A stretch of 64,000 nucleotides of DNA, taken from NCBI GenBank assembly GCA_034780895.1, contig JAUZTB010000057.1, positions 27,731,410 through 27,795,409 on the forward strand, in the 5' to 3' direction. Under the pieces are notes generated by a model that ran no database searches, was not told where the DNA came from, and saw only the letters and a list, made by a program, of their open reading frames with translations. Made by a program: the position numbers and the translations under genes. Source of the DNA: Rhynchobatus australiae (lineage: Eukaryota). Shown in pieces: positions 26,037 to 37,943 of this stretch; position 1 is the first letter of the stretch, and the number at the start of each line of letters is the position of its first letter.

Positions 26037-26413
26037 GTAACAGGCTGATTACAGGAATGAGACTTTGTACCAGTCATTCTCACATTGTCGGTTGATATTC
26101 TGGTGAAGCTTGCTTTAAGTTAATTTTTCTGCAAAAAACTGTATCTTTTACTAAGGAAAAACTTTTAACTTTTTTAGACTTAAATCTCCTGTATGAATTG
26201 ATAATGGTTATCTTCCTCTCCAATTTGTGCAATTGGCCCTGGTATGAATTTTAGTAAAGTTTTTGAAAATAATTACTAGACTTGAAATCTCCTAGACTCA
26301 GCATTGGAATTAGCTTTACATTCAGCAAGAAATGTATGGTTTTGCGGCAGATCAGCACATGGGACGTTGCAACTATTTTACACTAATTCTATAAATCTTT
26401 CATTCTCCTGTAG

Positions 26414-26537
26414 CACCAGAGGAAAAGTATTTAACGTTAGACGGTTTCCAAAAATTTGTTGTTGATCGGTCAAAGCAAGACATCCGAAGTGTGTGGCGGG
26501 CAATTCTTTCTTGTGGATATGACCTTCACTTTGAGAG
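26414..26537 (+). CDS. HECTD4: HECTD4 exon: PEEKYLTLDGFQKFVVDRSKQDIRSVWRAILSCGYDLHFE(R)
   Basis: ctgtag acceptor, gtaagt donor; translated by hand. Confidence 0.93.
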
Positions 26538-26715
26538 GTAAGTGAAGTTTCACTGGGAGGAATATTTTAAAAGTTAATACATATCATCAGACAAAATTAA
26601 TGACATACAAATGTTATTCTGGATGGATGTTACCAGTTCACTTAACCATTTAGGGCTGTGATGGTGCTTGGGTTCATTTTGATTTTGGTCTAAGCAGCTT
26701 GTTTATCTCCAACAG

Positions 26716-26906
26716 ATGTGCCTGCATTGACACTAGACATGCCCAAAGATCCTGCAAAAAATGGACTCTAGAGATGGATGTTGCACTTGTACAATATGTT
26801 AACCGTCTCTGTCGCCATCTTGCCATCACTCCAAGCCGACTGCATCCTCACGAAGTTTATCTTGACCCTGCAGATATGCCTGACCCAAGGATTGCCTGTT
26901 TACTTA
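26716..26906 (+). CDS. HECTD4: HECTD4 exon: CACIDTRHAQRSCKKWTLEMDVALVQYVNRLCRHLAITPSRLHPHEVYLDPADMPDPRIACLL
   Basis: aacag acceptor, gtaggt donor; ORF 26699..27085. Confidence 0.93.
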
Positions 26907-28074
26907 GTAGGTTTTGTGTTATTGGTCTAGTTAATTTGTCACATTTAATCTTGCTAGACATTAGCAGTAGCCCAATAGGTCATCAATACACAACACACAT
27001 CATTGCTAGGACTACATCAGTTGTGACACACTTACAGATACTGACCCTCCACATTTGTACAACTTTGGAAATTCGGAATCACTGAGATTTTAAGTGGGAA
27101 AATGTTAAGCACTTTGCTAGGTGACAAGTAGTGAAGGTCAGAGATGAGCTAAATTGAGTTGGTATTATGAGGGAGTGGAGATCATTGGTAAACACCATTA
27201 TGTATGTCTTAAAAATATTGTTTGAAATGCACTGTACAAATCGATTTTTCTCTCCAATCATTTTAACTCCCCCTCAGATTCTGTGTGTTGTGCATGATCA
27301 TTTGAAATTCCAAAACTGTCTTTGACACTTCCAGATTATAAAATCAGCCATTGATCATTGACCTGTTGCATAGAAATCTCTCACTTGCTGGCTGAGTTGT
27401 CGGACTGCTTTCTCAATATTGGCAATTTCCTACATTAGAATTTTGGGAAGATTTTTCAGACAGTATCTCAGATTGAACCAGATTATTTGCAAACCTGAAT
27501 TCTTATTCTATGCCAAATGGACTTTCAAATTCTTCATTTTATTTCAGAAAGAAACTAGTTTTACCTCCACACCAGTGCCTCTCTGTGAGCTTCAGATTCA
27601 GCTACTGAAAGTTGTGCTTGGATGGCCTCCCATCTGCCAACTTGCCCTCTGTAAACTTCAGCTTATCCAAACTTGTTTATCAGTCTCCTGTATCATGTCA
27701 CCCTCGCCTATCATATTAATGGTTTCTGATTTATAGTGATTCTTGGTTTCCCAAAACCCTTATTTCCATTATAATAAAATTCCTTCCTGGCCTCATGGCT
27801 CCATCTGAGGGAAACATCATTGTGGATAGAAAATGTGTTCTCTAAATCAAGAAGCAGAGATCCCACTTGCAGTTTAACAATTTGATTTGAAGTCTTCCAA
27901 ACATGGTGATTTTCACTGATGTTAAATCACTTAAAGTATTGTGATGAATATAAACTGTTTTTGGGTGGTCTGAGGGCACTTGTAACAGATAAATGAAATA
28001 ACATGTGTATCTATCATGTGTTTCCCCTTTGTTCTGTATCTCATTTGCTGATAATTTTGATTTGTTATCCCTAG

Positions 28075-28221
28075 ATATTCCAATTGAAAGCCTTCGGCTT
28101 CGTTTTGCTTTGCTTCAGTCCTTGAACAACACTTTGGAGACGTTCTTCCTCCCTCTGGTGGAGCTCAGACAGACACATACATACATGGACAGCATTGCAG
28201 CCCTGCTACAAGAGTCTAAAG
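28075..28221 (+). CDS. HECTD4: HECTD4 exon: (N)IPIESLRLRFALLQSLNNTLETFFLPLVELRQTHTYMDSIAALLQESK(G)
   Basis: ccctag acceptor, gtcggg donor; ORF 28005..28280. Confidence 0.93.
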
Positions 28222-28459
28222 GTCGGGCATTCATACTGTTGGAAGATGCTGTGTTGTGCAAAGGACTAATTGCATTATAGTGTGCAGTAAAGCTCTCTGA
28301 CCATGTGGAGTTAAGGACATGTACTTTGCAAAGACTACTTTCAAAATTCATAACTTCTTTTCATTTTAGAAACATCAGGTATTGAAATGTATGATGCCTA
28401 GATATTAGATTGTGTCTGACCACTCCTTAAGAGTAGATCAAGCAAAATGTGAGGTTACC

Positions 28460-29340
28460 CAAAGTAGTCTGTGCTAGCAAAACAGAACTGCTGGAAGAAC
28501 AAAGCCAGTCAAGCAGCATCTGTGGAAAGCGAAACCAGTCAATGTTTCAGGTTAGCGACCCTTCCTCGGAACTGGGGGAAAGGTGGAGGGTTTATAGTTT
28601 CCAAAGCAGAGCTGGGAATAGGAATGAGGTGCAAGACAAAAGTCTCCATGGAGATAGGTTAAGACACATCAGGTGATAAGGAACATGAGTATTGACCATC
28701 AGCAAAGCATTAAAAATAAACGGTGAGAAAAAGATACAAGCATGATAATGGGAAACAATGAGGGAACAGTTTACCTGAAGTTGGAGAATTCAGTGTTCAC
28801 CTCTGGTTGCATGGGAAGGTTCCAGAGTGCCTAGAAGTTGTTCTAGTTTATGTTGGGCTTCAGTATGGCAGTGGAGGAGGCCGTAGACAGATGCATCAGA
28901 AAGGGAGGGATTGAGAATTAAAGTGGCATGTCTGCTAAAATGCACTCACTGTCGGAGTGTGAGAAACACAGCAAGCTCCCACAATCAGCAAGGTGTTAAT
29001 GGACTGATGTGGAACAGGAAGCTCAGAACCACTCCTGCACAGTGAGAAGTAATCACCCAGTCTGCGTTTGGTTTCTCGAGTGTCAAGGAGGCCACATTCT
29101 GAACACCAGATGCAGTTGACAAGGTTGGAAGAAGAGCTAGTAAATCAGTGCCTCACCTGGAATGATTGTTTTGGTTCCTGGATGGTGGGAAGGGGCAGGT
29201 GTTGCACCTCTGGTTGCATGACAAGGTGCTGTGGGGCAAGGAGTGGTGGGCTGGGATGGAAGAGTGGACCATGGAGTCACAAAGTAAGCAATCTCTGTGA
29301 AAGAAGAGGAGAGGGAAAATATTACTGATGGTGGGACTAC
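28460..29340 (-). mobile_element. Penelope-like retroelement 3' part with a decayed GIY-YIG endonuclease
   Basis: - strand 29050-29165 reads FQVRH*FTSSSSNLVNCIWCSECGLLDTRETKRRLGDYF (decayed NLVYCIxCxxCxxxYIGET); terminal motif gctggaagaac...gcagcatctgtgga at ~28490. Confidence 0.8.
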
Positions 29341-29959
29341 GTTGGAGCTGATGGAAGTTGCAATTACAAGAGCAATCAGAGGCAGATCACTCACCTCTGG
29401 ACAACCCAAGGTCTATCCACCATCAGGATCATGACATAATGCTCTCCCCTTATCTGAATGAATGCAGCACCAACAATTCTCGAAGCTTGACACCATCCAG
29501 TATAAAGTGGCCTGCTTTAATGGCGCCCCACCAAGTACTCTAATCATTCATTCCCTAAACCATTGTTGCAACGTGCATCATCTACAAATTGTATTGTGAT
29601 AACTCACCACACCTCCCAAATTTGCAATCTCTCCTGCGAAGGATGACTCGGGCAGCAAGTGAGCTCTGACCTGCTGGATAGAAGGTTTGTAGACTTATGA
29701 GCATCATCTTAAAATTTGGGAGTCAGATCAGGGAAGACATCTTCCTTTTAGAGGCTAGTTGAAAAAGAATCCAACCCCACAAAGGATTGTAAATACTGGA
29801 TGAATTTAATTTTTATTAACTTTTTTAGGTAAGGTTATCAGGGGATATAGAATAAAGGCAAGTAAATGATATAGTTAAATGATGTAATGTAGGGCTGACT
29901 GGCCAACTCGTGTTCCTCCCTTCTCTGGAAAAGGGACGTAGAGCAGGACTTTTGTTTGA

Positions 29960-30590
29960 GTCAGAGTAAAACAGCACAGAAACAGGCCCTTTGGCCCTAC
30001 TTCTCCATGCTAACCAAGAGCTAGTCCCATTTGTGTGGATTTGGCCCAAATCCCTCTAAACCTTTTCTATCCCTGTATCTGTCCAAATGTCTTTTAAATA
30101 TTGTAATTGCACCTGCCTCTACAGCTTCCTCTGGCAGATCATTCCATATACCCATGACGCTGTGTATGGAAAATGTTGCCCTTCAAGTCCCTTTTAAATC
30201 TTTTCCCTCTCTTCTTAAATCTGTGTCCTCTAGTTTTAGACTCCGCTACCCTGGGAAAAAGACTGTGACCATCCACCTTATCTGTACCCCTCATGATTTT
30301 ATGTACCTTTATAAGGCTACCCCTCAGCCCCCTGTGCTCCAGGGGAATAAGTTCCAGCCTCTCCTTGGAACTCAAGCCCTCTAGTCCCGGCAACATCCTC
30401 ATGAGTCCTTTCTGCACCCTTTCCAGATTAATGACAACGTCCTCTAGCTGGGTGACCAGAACTGTGTACAAAACTGCAAGTGTGGTCTCACCAACAACTT
30501 GTTCAGTTGCCACATGACATCCCATCTCTGGTACTCATTGCCCTGACCAATGAAGGCAAGCATTGCAAACACCTTCTTCACCATCCTGTT
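29960..30590 (-). mobile_element. CR1-clade LINE 3' fragment
   Basis: ORF 30139..30525: LERVQKGLMRMLPGLEGLS...SKTRGHRFK, typical CR1 ORF2 C-terminus. Confidence 0.9.
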
Positions 30591-31199
30591 TTTATTCTCA
30601 TTACAATGAGGGGTCCCTGCTCAAAAGATGCATATGAAGATACCAACGATGACAAGATTTCAATGAACTCTGTGTTTTCCCTCCCCAAGCCTCCACACCA
30701 GAGGTGAGGTGGCATTGTGGTTTCACTGCCAGAGGAGCATCTAGAGGCGTGGAACATTGGCGCAGGACTTCACTTTTGATGACCATGAGATCATTGGATT
30801 TTTAATTTTGAAAAAAAATCTGGTTTTACTATTAGCCCTTCTTAATTATGACTCCTATCTACAAGCCCACTAGTAGATAGCAATTGGGCATGAGCAATAA
30901 ACGCTGGCCTTCCCTGTGGTATCCTTAACCTGCTTGCTTTCCCCATACAGACTTTACATCTCCAGTATATTCTATCAAATTAAGATTGTGCAGGAAGTCT
31001 GGAAACTTGAGGCCCTGAATGCTGTTACAGTGACACTGAAAAGGGACCTCATCTGCCCATTTTGCTGTCTGTCCATTGCATCTTGCTACACATTACAATT
31101 TCAACTTGCTGCAACTTACAGGACTAAAAAAGTGAAAATCCTGAAGATACTCAGCAGGTCAGGCAACATATGTGGTGGGAAGTTTTAGAAATCATCAAA

Positions 31200-31730
31200 G
31201 CAGTGTTTATTGTCATGTATGCATAGCTGCAATGAAAAACTTACTTGCAGCAGCATCACAGGCACAAAGCATCACATTGACAGCATTCGCAAGAAAAACA
31301 AATTAAACACAAATTATACACAATTTTTTCAAGAAAAAAACACTAAGTACAAACATAAGTCCATTTTGGTACAAAGTGATCAAAGTGGTCATGGTGTTGC
31401 CAAACGACAGTAATTAGGGCTTTGAAGGCTGGTTCAACAACTGCACAGTTGAAGGGAAGTAGCTGTTCTTGAACCTGGTGGTGTGGGACTTCAGGCTTCT
31501 GTACTTCCTGCCCGACGGTAGCTGTGAGAAAACGGCAGATGCTGGGGAACTCTGATGGATGTTACTGCCTTAAGGCAGTGCCTCCTGTAGATGCTTCCAA
31601 TGGTGGGGAGGGACGTGCCTTTGATGTATTGGATACAGTCCACTACTCTCTGCAGCTGCTTACATTCCTGTGCATTTGAATTGCCATACTAGATAACGAT
31701 GCAACCTATCGGTAGGTATACTTTCAACGT
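31200..31730 (-). mobile_element. LINE 3' end (clade uncertain); second copy at 33670-33940
   Basis: near-identical block tgcaatgaaaaacttacttgcagcagcatcacaggcaca...ggtcatggtgttgc shared by both loci. Confidence 0.75.
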
Positions 31731-31958
31731 CTGTGTGGGAAAGCAGAACAGGTCTTTGTATTTTCAGGCAACTTGTTGATGAAGGTGCTAATGACTGTTT
31801 TACTTGTCTGTGTCTTAGTTCAGCTCAACTTCTGTGTATTCCTATTGTCATCAGTGAATCTCAATATTTGTAAATTTCTCACTATTTAGTGAACCTGAGC
31901 AAATTGTAGATATGTTAATAACTATTCTAATGAATCTGTCCTTCACATGTTTGTTTAG

Positions 31959-32078
31959 GCTTGGTCTTTTACGATACTAAGGTAGCTGTGATGAACAGGG
32001 TTTTAAATGCAACAGTACAACGAACTGCAGACCATGCTGCACCTGAAATAACTCTGGATCCACTGGAAATAGTGGGAG
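31959..32078 (+). CDS. HECTD4: HECTD4 exon: (G)LVFYDTKVAVMNRVLNATVQRTADHAAPEITLDPLEIVG(G)
   Basis: tttag acceptor, gtaaga donor, 120 nt. Confidence 0.93.
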
Positions 32079-32269
32079 GTAAGAGGGGAATGGTTTACAT
32101 TGAGAAAGCAAAAACTTTTAAGTAGACTTTGCAAAAAAAATGAAACCTCCTGAGACACTGGGACGTTATCAATCAAAATTCACTACACAAGTATCATAAA
32201 TTTGCTCCACAGAAGTCATTTGGTCCATCGTGTGTGTGCTGATGGGGAAGTAAACTCCCTAGTGGGAAA

Positions 32270-32600
32270 TAACACCCTTTGCATTTGCTCTTTAGCCAGT
32301 TTTGGATCTGATTTGCTGTTTTCCCTTGGATCCCTTTCACAAGTCTACCAAATGGTATCTTGTCAAAAGTCTTGCTAAAATCCATGAAGACTTTGAATGC
32401 ACTGCTTTCATTTACCCATATTCCATTGTTAGTCAGACACAACCTCCCCTTAAGGAACTCACCCTGATATCTGAGATTAATCCATGCTCTTCCAAATGAA
32501 AATTTATACTTTTCTTTAGAATAGATTCCAATACTCTGCCCACACCTAAAGTTAAACTAATTGACCTGCAATTACATGGTGATCCCTTCGTCTGATTTTA
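32270..32600 (-). mobile_element. CR1 RT fragment
   Basis: MDFSKTFDKIPFGRLV, a decayed DFSKAFDKVPHxRL. Confidence 0.7.
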
Positions 32601-33431
32601 ACTAACAGAATAACATTAGATGTCGTTAAGTAGAGTTAACCCACCTAATCCCACTCCCCCATCTTGGTTTTACTAAACATATCCCCAGCAGTTTTAAATT
32701 CCCAATCCAAAAGTTTTCTGCAGTTGTATTTAATCTGTTTTCTCATAATGTTTTATTGCCAATAGTTTCTGTTTGTGGTTCTGAATACTTTGGGTAATTT
32801 ACAGACACTTTAACTCATTGCTAAAACCATCTTTTCTTACCTGGTTTATAACATTGCTTTCAGGCTATTAATGTCTTCCTTTGGTTTAGTCTGGCTTTTC
32901 TTTGCATGTTTTGATTATATCTGGCCTTCGTTTATTTGTAGATCTTTTTCCTGTAAATAATTTAAAACCTTCTTTAATTTATTTTGATCTTTAAATTTCA
33001 GTTTTGAAGTTATCTTCATTTTTAAGCAATTTTCAATTTTTAAAGAGAGTCACTTTATGCTCAAGTAAAAGTGAAATTTAAGAAAAAAATTACATTCCTG
33101 CAAAGATAAATCAAGCTTTTGGAGCCACTGTAGTCCTGGAGATTCATCTCTATAAGATTGATGTCAGTCATTAGTTCACTTCTCACAAGTAAAATATGAT
33201 ATTTGTTTCTACTTGTTTAGGCCTTTTGTTTTGATTCTGAAAATAGACTTCATGTGTATTAAGAGACTTTGAGGAATGCATCAAAGTGTGCATGAACAAA
33301 AATTAGAAACAAACAGACAATTGCAATTACTAAAGGATTTTACTTGATGATCTTTGCCTTTATGAGCATTGCCATTAGAGATGTACCAAAATCACTCATG
33401 TCACGGTTTTCCTTTCTTTAAATTATTGTAG

Positions 33432-33587
33432 GTGAAATTCGTTCATCAGAAAACACTTACTTCTGTCAGGCAGCTCGACAGCTGGCATTAGTTCCTTCCT
33501 CCCAACTCTGTGTCAAGCTGGCAAGTGGTGGGGACCCAACCTACGCATTTAATATTCGCTTCACTGGTGAAGAAGTACATGGAACAA
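33432..33587 (+). CDS. HECTD4: HECTD4 exon, start of HECT domain region: EIRSSENTYFCQAARQLALVPSSQLCVKLASGGDPTYAFNIRFTGEEVHGT
   Basis: tgtag acceptor, gtaaga donor; IRFTGEE corresponds to the HECT N-lobe VxFxGE motif. Confidence 0.94.
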
Positions 33588-33669
33588 GTAAGATAATAGA
33601 ATTAAGAGTGAGATCTGTACCAACAAAACATGAGTTATGATACCTGTCAGTATAAAGTTGGGATAGATC

Positions 33670-33940
33670 TCTTATTTCAAAGTTGTAAATGGATGCAGAG
33701 GTGCAATGAAAAACTTACTTGCAGCAGCATCACAGGCACATGGCATCATATAAACAGTGTTAATAAGAGAAACAAACATAACCATAAATTATACACAATT
33801 TTTACAAGAAAAAAACAATTAGAATAAAAAAAAACTAAGTCTGTTTTAGTGCAAAGTGATCAGAGTGGTCATGGTGTTGCTAAACTGTAGCGATTAGATT
33901 TTGCTGGTTGGTTCAAGAACCAAGTGGTTGAAGGGAATGG
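33670..33940 (-). mobile_element. Second copy of the 31200 LINE 3' end
   Basis: direct sequence similarity; ORFs 31210 and 33630 share CNEKLTCSSITGT. Confidence 0.75.
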
Positions 33941-34262
33941 TTGAAGACTTCATCTGCCATTTCTCAGCCCACTTCACCAGAAGGCATTGAAAACACTTGT
34001 GACATCTGGTTAATTTTGGTTTTCACCCTATCCCAGACAATTCCTCTGTTCTCTCTGTCCCTCCACCTCTCCAAAACTTTTGTCACTTTTCCAATTCTGA
34101 TGAAAGATAATCAACTGGAAATGTTGACTGTTTCTCTGTCCTTGGTGATTTTCTTTTCCTCCACATGTTATTCCCGTGTTTCAATACTCAACTCGTTACT
34201 CTCCGTAAGTCAAAGATTACTCTTCCAGTGCCTAAATGTGCATGTGTGTGTTTGGATTCTAG

Positions 34263-34366
34263 GTGGATCATTCCGTCACTTCCTGTGGCAAGTATGTAAA
34301 GAATTACAGAGTTCAGCACTCTCTCTTCTTGTGCCTTGTCCGAGTTCTGCAGCCAACAGAAATAAG
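34263..34366 (+). CDS. HECTD4: HECTD4 exon (HECT): (S)GSFRHFLWQVCKELQSSALSLLVPCPSSAANRNK
   Basis: ttctag acceptor, gtaatt donor. Confidence 0.93.
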
Positions 34367-35663
34367 GTAATTAATTGCTCCAGTAGGCCTCCAGTCGCGT
34401 ATTTGAGAGGTTGGCAAATTGGTTTCAGATGAAACCAAACAATGACAGCATGGATAATTTTGGGGATTCTTATCTGGAAATCTAGAAGATTCCATTATAC
34501 ACTGACCACAACAAATCACTTAAATGCACCCCTGTTGTGGCAGAGGACACCACCCAGAGTGCTATCCTTTCTGTTTCAGATGCTGACCAATCTATTGGAA
34601 GTTACCAGCAGTTTCTTTGTTTTATTGTGATTCCCAGCACTCACCATTCTGTCAGGTGGTCAAAACCTTCAAAAGCAAAATCCTTTGATGCATTACGTTT
34701 ATGCAGGCAGGCATTGTATTTTGAGTGTTTTGACAATTGGATTTTTGTTTGCTGAGAGACTGCTTCGTAGTTTTAAACCTTAATTTGATATACAATTGAT
34801 GTTGAATAAGAGTTATCCTCCATGGCTTATTTTCAGAACAGCCTAACAGTGTAGGAACCACTGTAGAAAAAGTAAAATTACTGGATTTAATTTAACTCTG
34901 ACAAAATAGTTACTTTCTAAGTCAGTGCTGCAGAAAACCTTCATATCAGTATGTCAGACTAAAGGTAATAACAACTTTTAATAGCTTAGCTGCGTTGCTT
35001 TTCAGTCTACTCCCAAGCTCATTCCCATCCTTGTCTGATGTATACTTCCCAACAAGAAATGGCTGGATAATGATCAGAAATAGTCACTTTAATTTACCCT
35101 TTCTCCTCACTAAAGTAAACAGAGCCCAAATGTAACATCTCAAAATTTAGCAAAATTGAACAGAAGTGTAGCTGAGGGTTTTGTTTTTCTGGTGTTTAAA
35201 CTACTCAGTGAACAGCAACAGATTTAAACCTCTTAATTATATATAATGTTTTGGTTGAAAATAACTGCAAAGAACATTATGTCAATTATTGTCCAGAATT
35301 TCTGTAGACCAGCTCAAACTGTGAAGGTCTAGCAAGGCAGTTGTTTCACCTTCCCTACCAAATTTGTCTGTGTCTGAAGAGAATATTTTGAGCTTGAGAA
35401 CGTTAGGATAAATGACTGAAAATCATAGTTCAATCTCAAACCTCTTAAATCTCTGAGACCAAAATGCAATGTGAAGCAGGTGTTTTTTGCCCAGTAATAT
35501 TAAACCATATTGATATCAGTGGTTTTCATTGAGATAAAATTACATTGACAATATGGAATAATCCTTTACAGATGATATCTATTGAACATAGAGACTGATG
35601 CGTTGACATTATCCTCGACTTTCAGGCGAATTTCCTTGTTCATTATGTCTGTACATTCTCTAG

Positions 35664-35885
35664 GGCAAGCACATTCTGACCCCTGGCCCAATAACATATA
35701 CAGAGGAGCAGCTACTACATTTCTTTGGGCAGTTACTCGGAATTGCCATCCGAGCTGATGTCCCGCTCCCTCTTGATCTTCTTCCAACATTTTGGAAAAC
35801 TCTAGTTGGTGAGCCACTGGATCCTGAGGGGGATCTGCAGGAGGTGGACATTTTAACATACAACTACATCAAGAAATTTGAGACT
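35664..35885 (+). CDS. HECTD4: HECTD4 exon (HECT): GKHILTPGPITYTEEQLLHFFGQLLGIAIRADVPLPLDLLPTFWKTLVGEPLDPEGDLQEVDILTYNYIKKFET
   Basis: ctctag acceptor, gtaagt donor; FxGxLLGxAI HECT motif. Confidence 0.95.
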
Positions 35886-36226
35886 GTAAGTAATATTTAA
35901 GATCAAACTCTTTTACCCCACCATGCTCTCTTCCTTTTCCTGAAGGTTCATACTGTTTGAGAGGTCTTGCCTTCAGGGTAATTCCCTAAAGCCATAAGTT
36001 TCTTTAACATGGGGATGTTGATTATTTGGGGTAAGAGGTTCCACCCACCCACCTTCTCTTATGTATCCAAGGATCAGAGTAGAGGTCATCCCTTCCGTGC
36101 ACACCTGCTGCCTGCAGTTTGTGGATCATGTGATGCAAGATCTGTGCACATTTTTGGATGACACAGTATAATTCATTTAATAGGTGTGATGATGATTTGC
36201 TGTTTGCATGTTACTTACAATTCCAG

Positions 36227-36393
36227 GTAAATGATGAGACAGAACTTGAGGCACTGTGTGCTGAAGTGACATCGCATCACTTGACTACAGAGAGCCCCGA
36301 CTCGCCCAACAAGCCCTGTTGTAAATTCAGCTACATCACCATGACAGGCGAGGAAGTGGAGCTGTGTCCCGGTGGCAGGGATATCACCGTTGT
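36227..36393 (+). CDS. HECTD4: HECTD4 exon (HECT): VNDETELEALCAEV...TGEEVELCPGGRDITV(V)
   Basis: ttccag acceptor, gtgagt donor; ELxPGGxxIxV HECT motif. Confidence 0.94.
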
Positions 36394-36869
36394 GTGAGTA
36401 AATGTTAAGTATAGGTTGTCCTTAGAAGATCTAATTGTAAAACCTAATTTNNNNCCCAACCCTGGTGTTTTGACTTGTGCCCTTCGCTGGACCGAGATTA
36501 CTATATTTTGCCCACAGCAGGTTAATCTTTTATCAGGAATCTTAGACCAGTTTGTATCTTAACAGTTTGCCCTCTTTGTTAATGTCTAGGTGGACATGAA
36601 GGAAATTAACTGTTTTGAGAGGTTTGTAAATTTGTATTTGTAAATTAACATGGTAAGAATTAACTAAATACACAATTTAACATTTTATGGCTGAATGTAG
36701 TGTCATCAGATGAGAGGCAAGTGCTTCAGATGCTGAAAACATTTTTGAAAGGGGGGAGATGCTTCCTACCTCCAACCCTCCTTTTGCTTGCCAATTCAGT
36801 TTGGATGTTGGCAAGCAACTTTATTTCTAGCAATAGCAGCAACATTGATATATCATATTCACTGTTCCG

Positions 36870-37130
36870 GGAACCTGTATTAGTGTGCTCAGTTGGTGGC
36901 AGTCCAGTGAAGAATTGAGGTAGTGCACTGTCCGATATGCCAGCTTCCAGGTGAGACTTTAAACGTGGCCCCATTTGGCTTCCCATAAAATACTGCTTGG
37001 TAAGGTGTTGGAGACTGGCATGAAGGTTGTTGCTGGTGCTCTAGGCAGTATTTATCCGTCATTCTACATTCTGAAAATAATATCCTGTCATTGCCACATT
37101 GTTGTTTTTGCTATTTGTGGGAGATTGTGA
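36870..37130 (+). mobile_element. Deu-domain SINE relic; another on - at ~54610-54850
   Basis: gagg.agtgcactgtc...tgagactttaaacgtggccccat...tatttatcc...tgctatttgtgggag. Confidence 0.55.
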
Positions 37131-37747
37131 AAGGCACAACTGGGGAATCTCCATTTTGTTCACCTTTGCCTGAAGGCAAGTATTGTATTGAATCAAACAT
37201 NNNNNNNNNNNNNNNNNNNNNNNNNNNNNNNNNNNNNNNNNNNNNNNNNNNNNNNNNNNNNNNNNNNNNNNNNNNNNNNNNNNNNNNNNNNNNNNNNNNN
37301 NNNNNNNNNNNNNNNNNNNNNNNNNNNNNNNNNNNNNNNNNNNNNNNNNNNNNNNNNNNNNNNNNNNNNNNNNNNNNNNNNNNNNNNNNNNNNNNNNNNN
37401 NNNNNNNNNNNNNNNNNCTGCTACAATCAGAAAGCAAAAGAAAAATGCAGATGCTAAAACCTGAAATAAAAATAGAAAATGGTAGAAATATTCGACAGGT
37501 TAGGCAGTGTCTTTGAGGAGAGATATAGGTGTAAAGTTTTGGATCAGTGACGTTACCTGACCTGCAGAATATTTTCAACATTTTTATGCTTTTCTCTCAG
37601 CTTTTATCGAATTCTTTCTCATTGACATTTCTTCTAACTTGTACTGTTATTGTATTTTGTATTGAATGTTAAGTATTGAGCCATTGGCATATCGACTGTT
37701 CCTTGGTGCTGTGTTTTAGTCCCCAGTATTTGTTTCATTTTGAACAG

Positions 37748-37943
37748 CTGGGAAAATAAAAATGCATATGCAGCAGCGATCCGAAATCTGAGGATGCAGG
37801 AAATTGAAAACACTCACTGCATGACTGCAGTGCGGGCTGGGCTTGGCTCCATCATTCCCCTACAGCTGCTGACAATGCCTACACCCCTGGAGATGGAGCT
37901 GAGGACGTGTGGTCTGCCCTACATCAACCTGGAGTTTCTGAAG
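37748..37943 (+). CDS. HECTD4: HECTD4 exon (HECT): WENKNAYAAAIRNLRMQE...TPLEMELRTCGLPYINLEFLK
   Basis: aacag acceptor, gtactc donor; ORF 37740..37973. Confidence 0.94.

Noticed and set aside
36221-36235. Other exons beginning with GT (cag|GTAAAT here; tag|GTATGG at 2225)
   Set aside because: The reconstituted donors (ACT|GTAAAT, TTG|GTATGG) are weaker than the one at 18916, and GT exon starts are common
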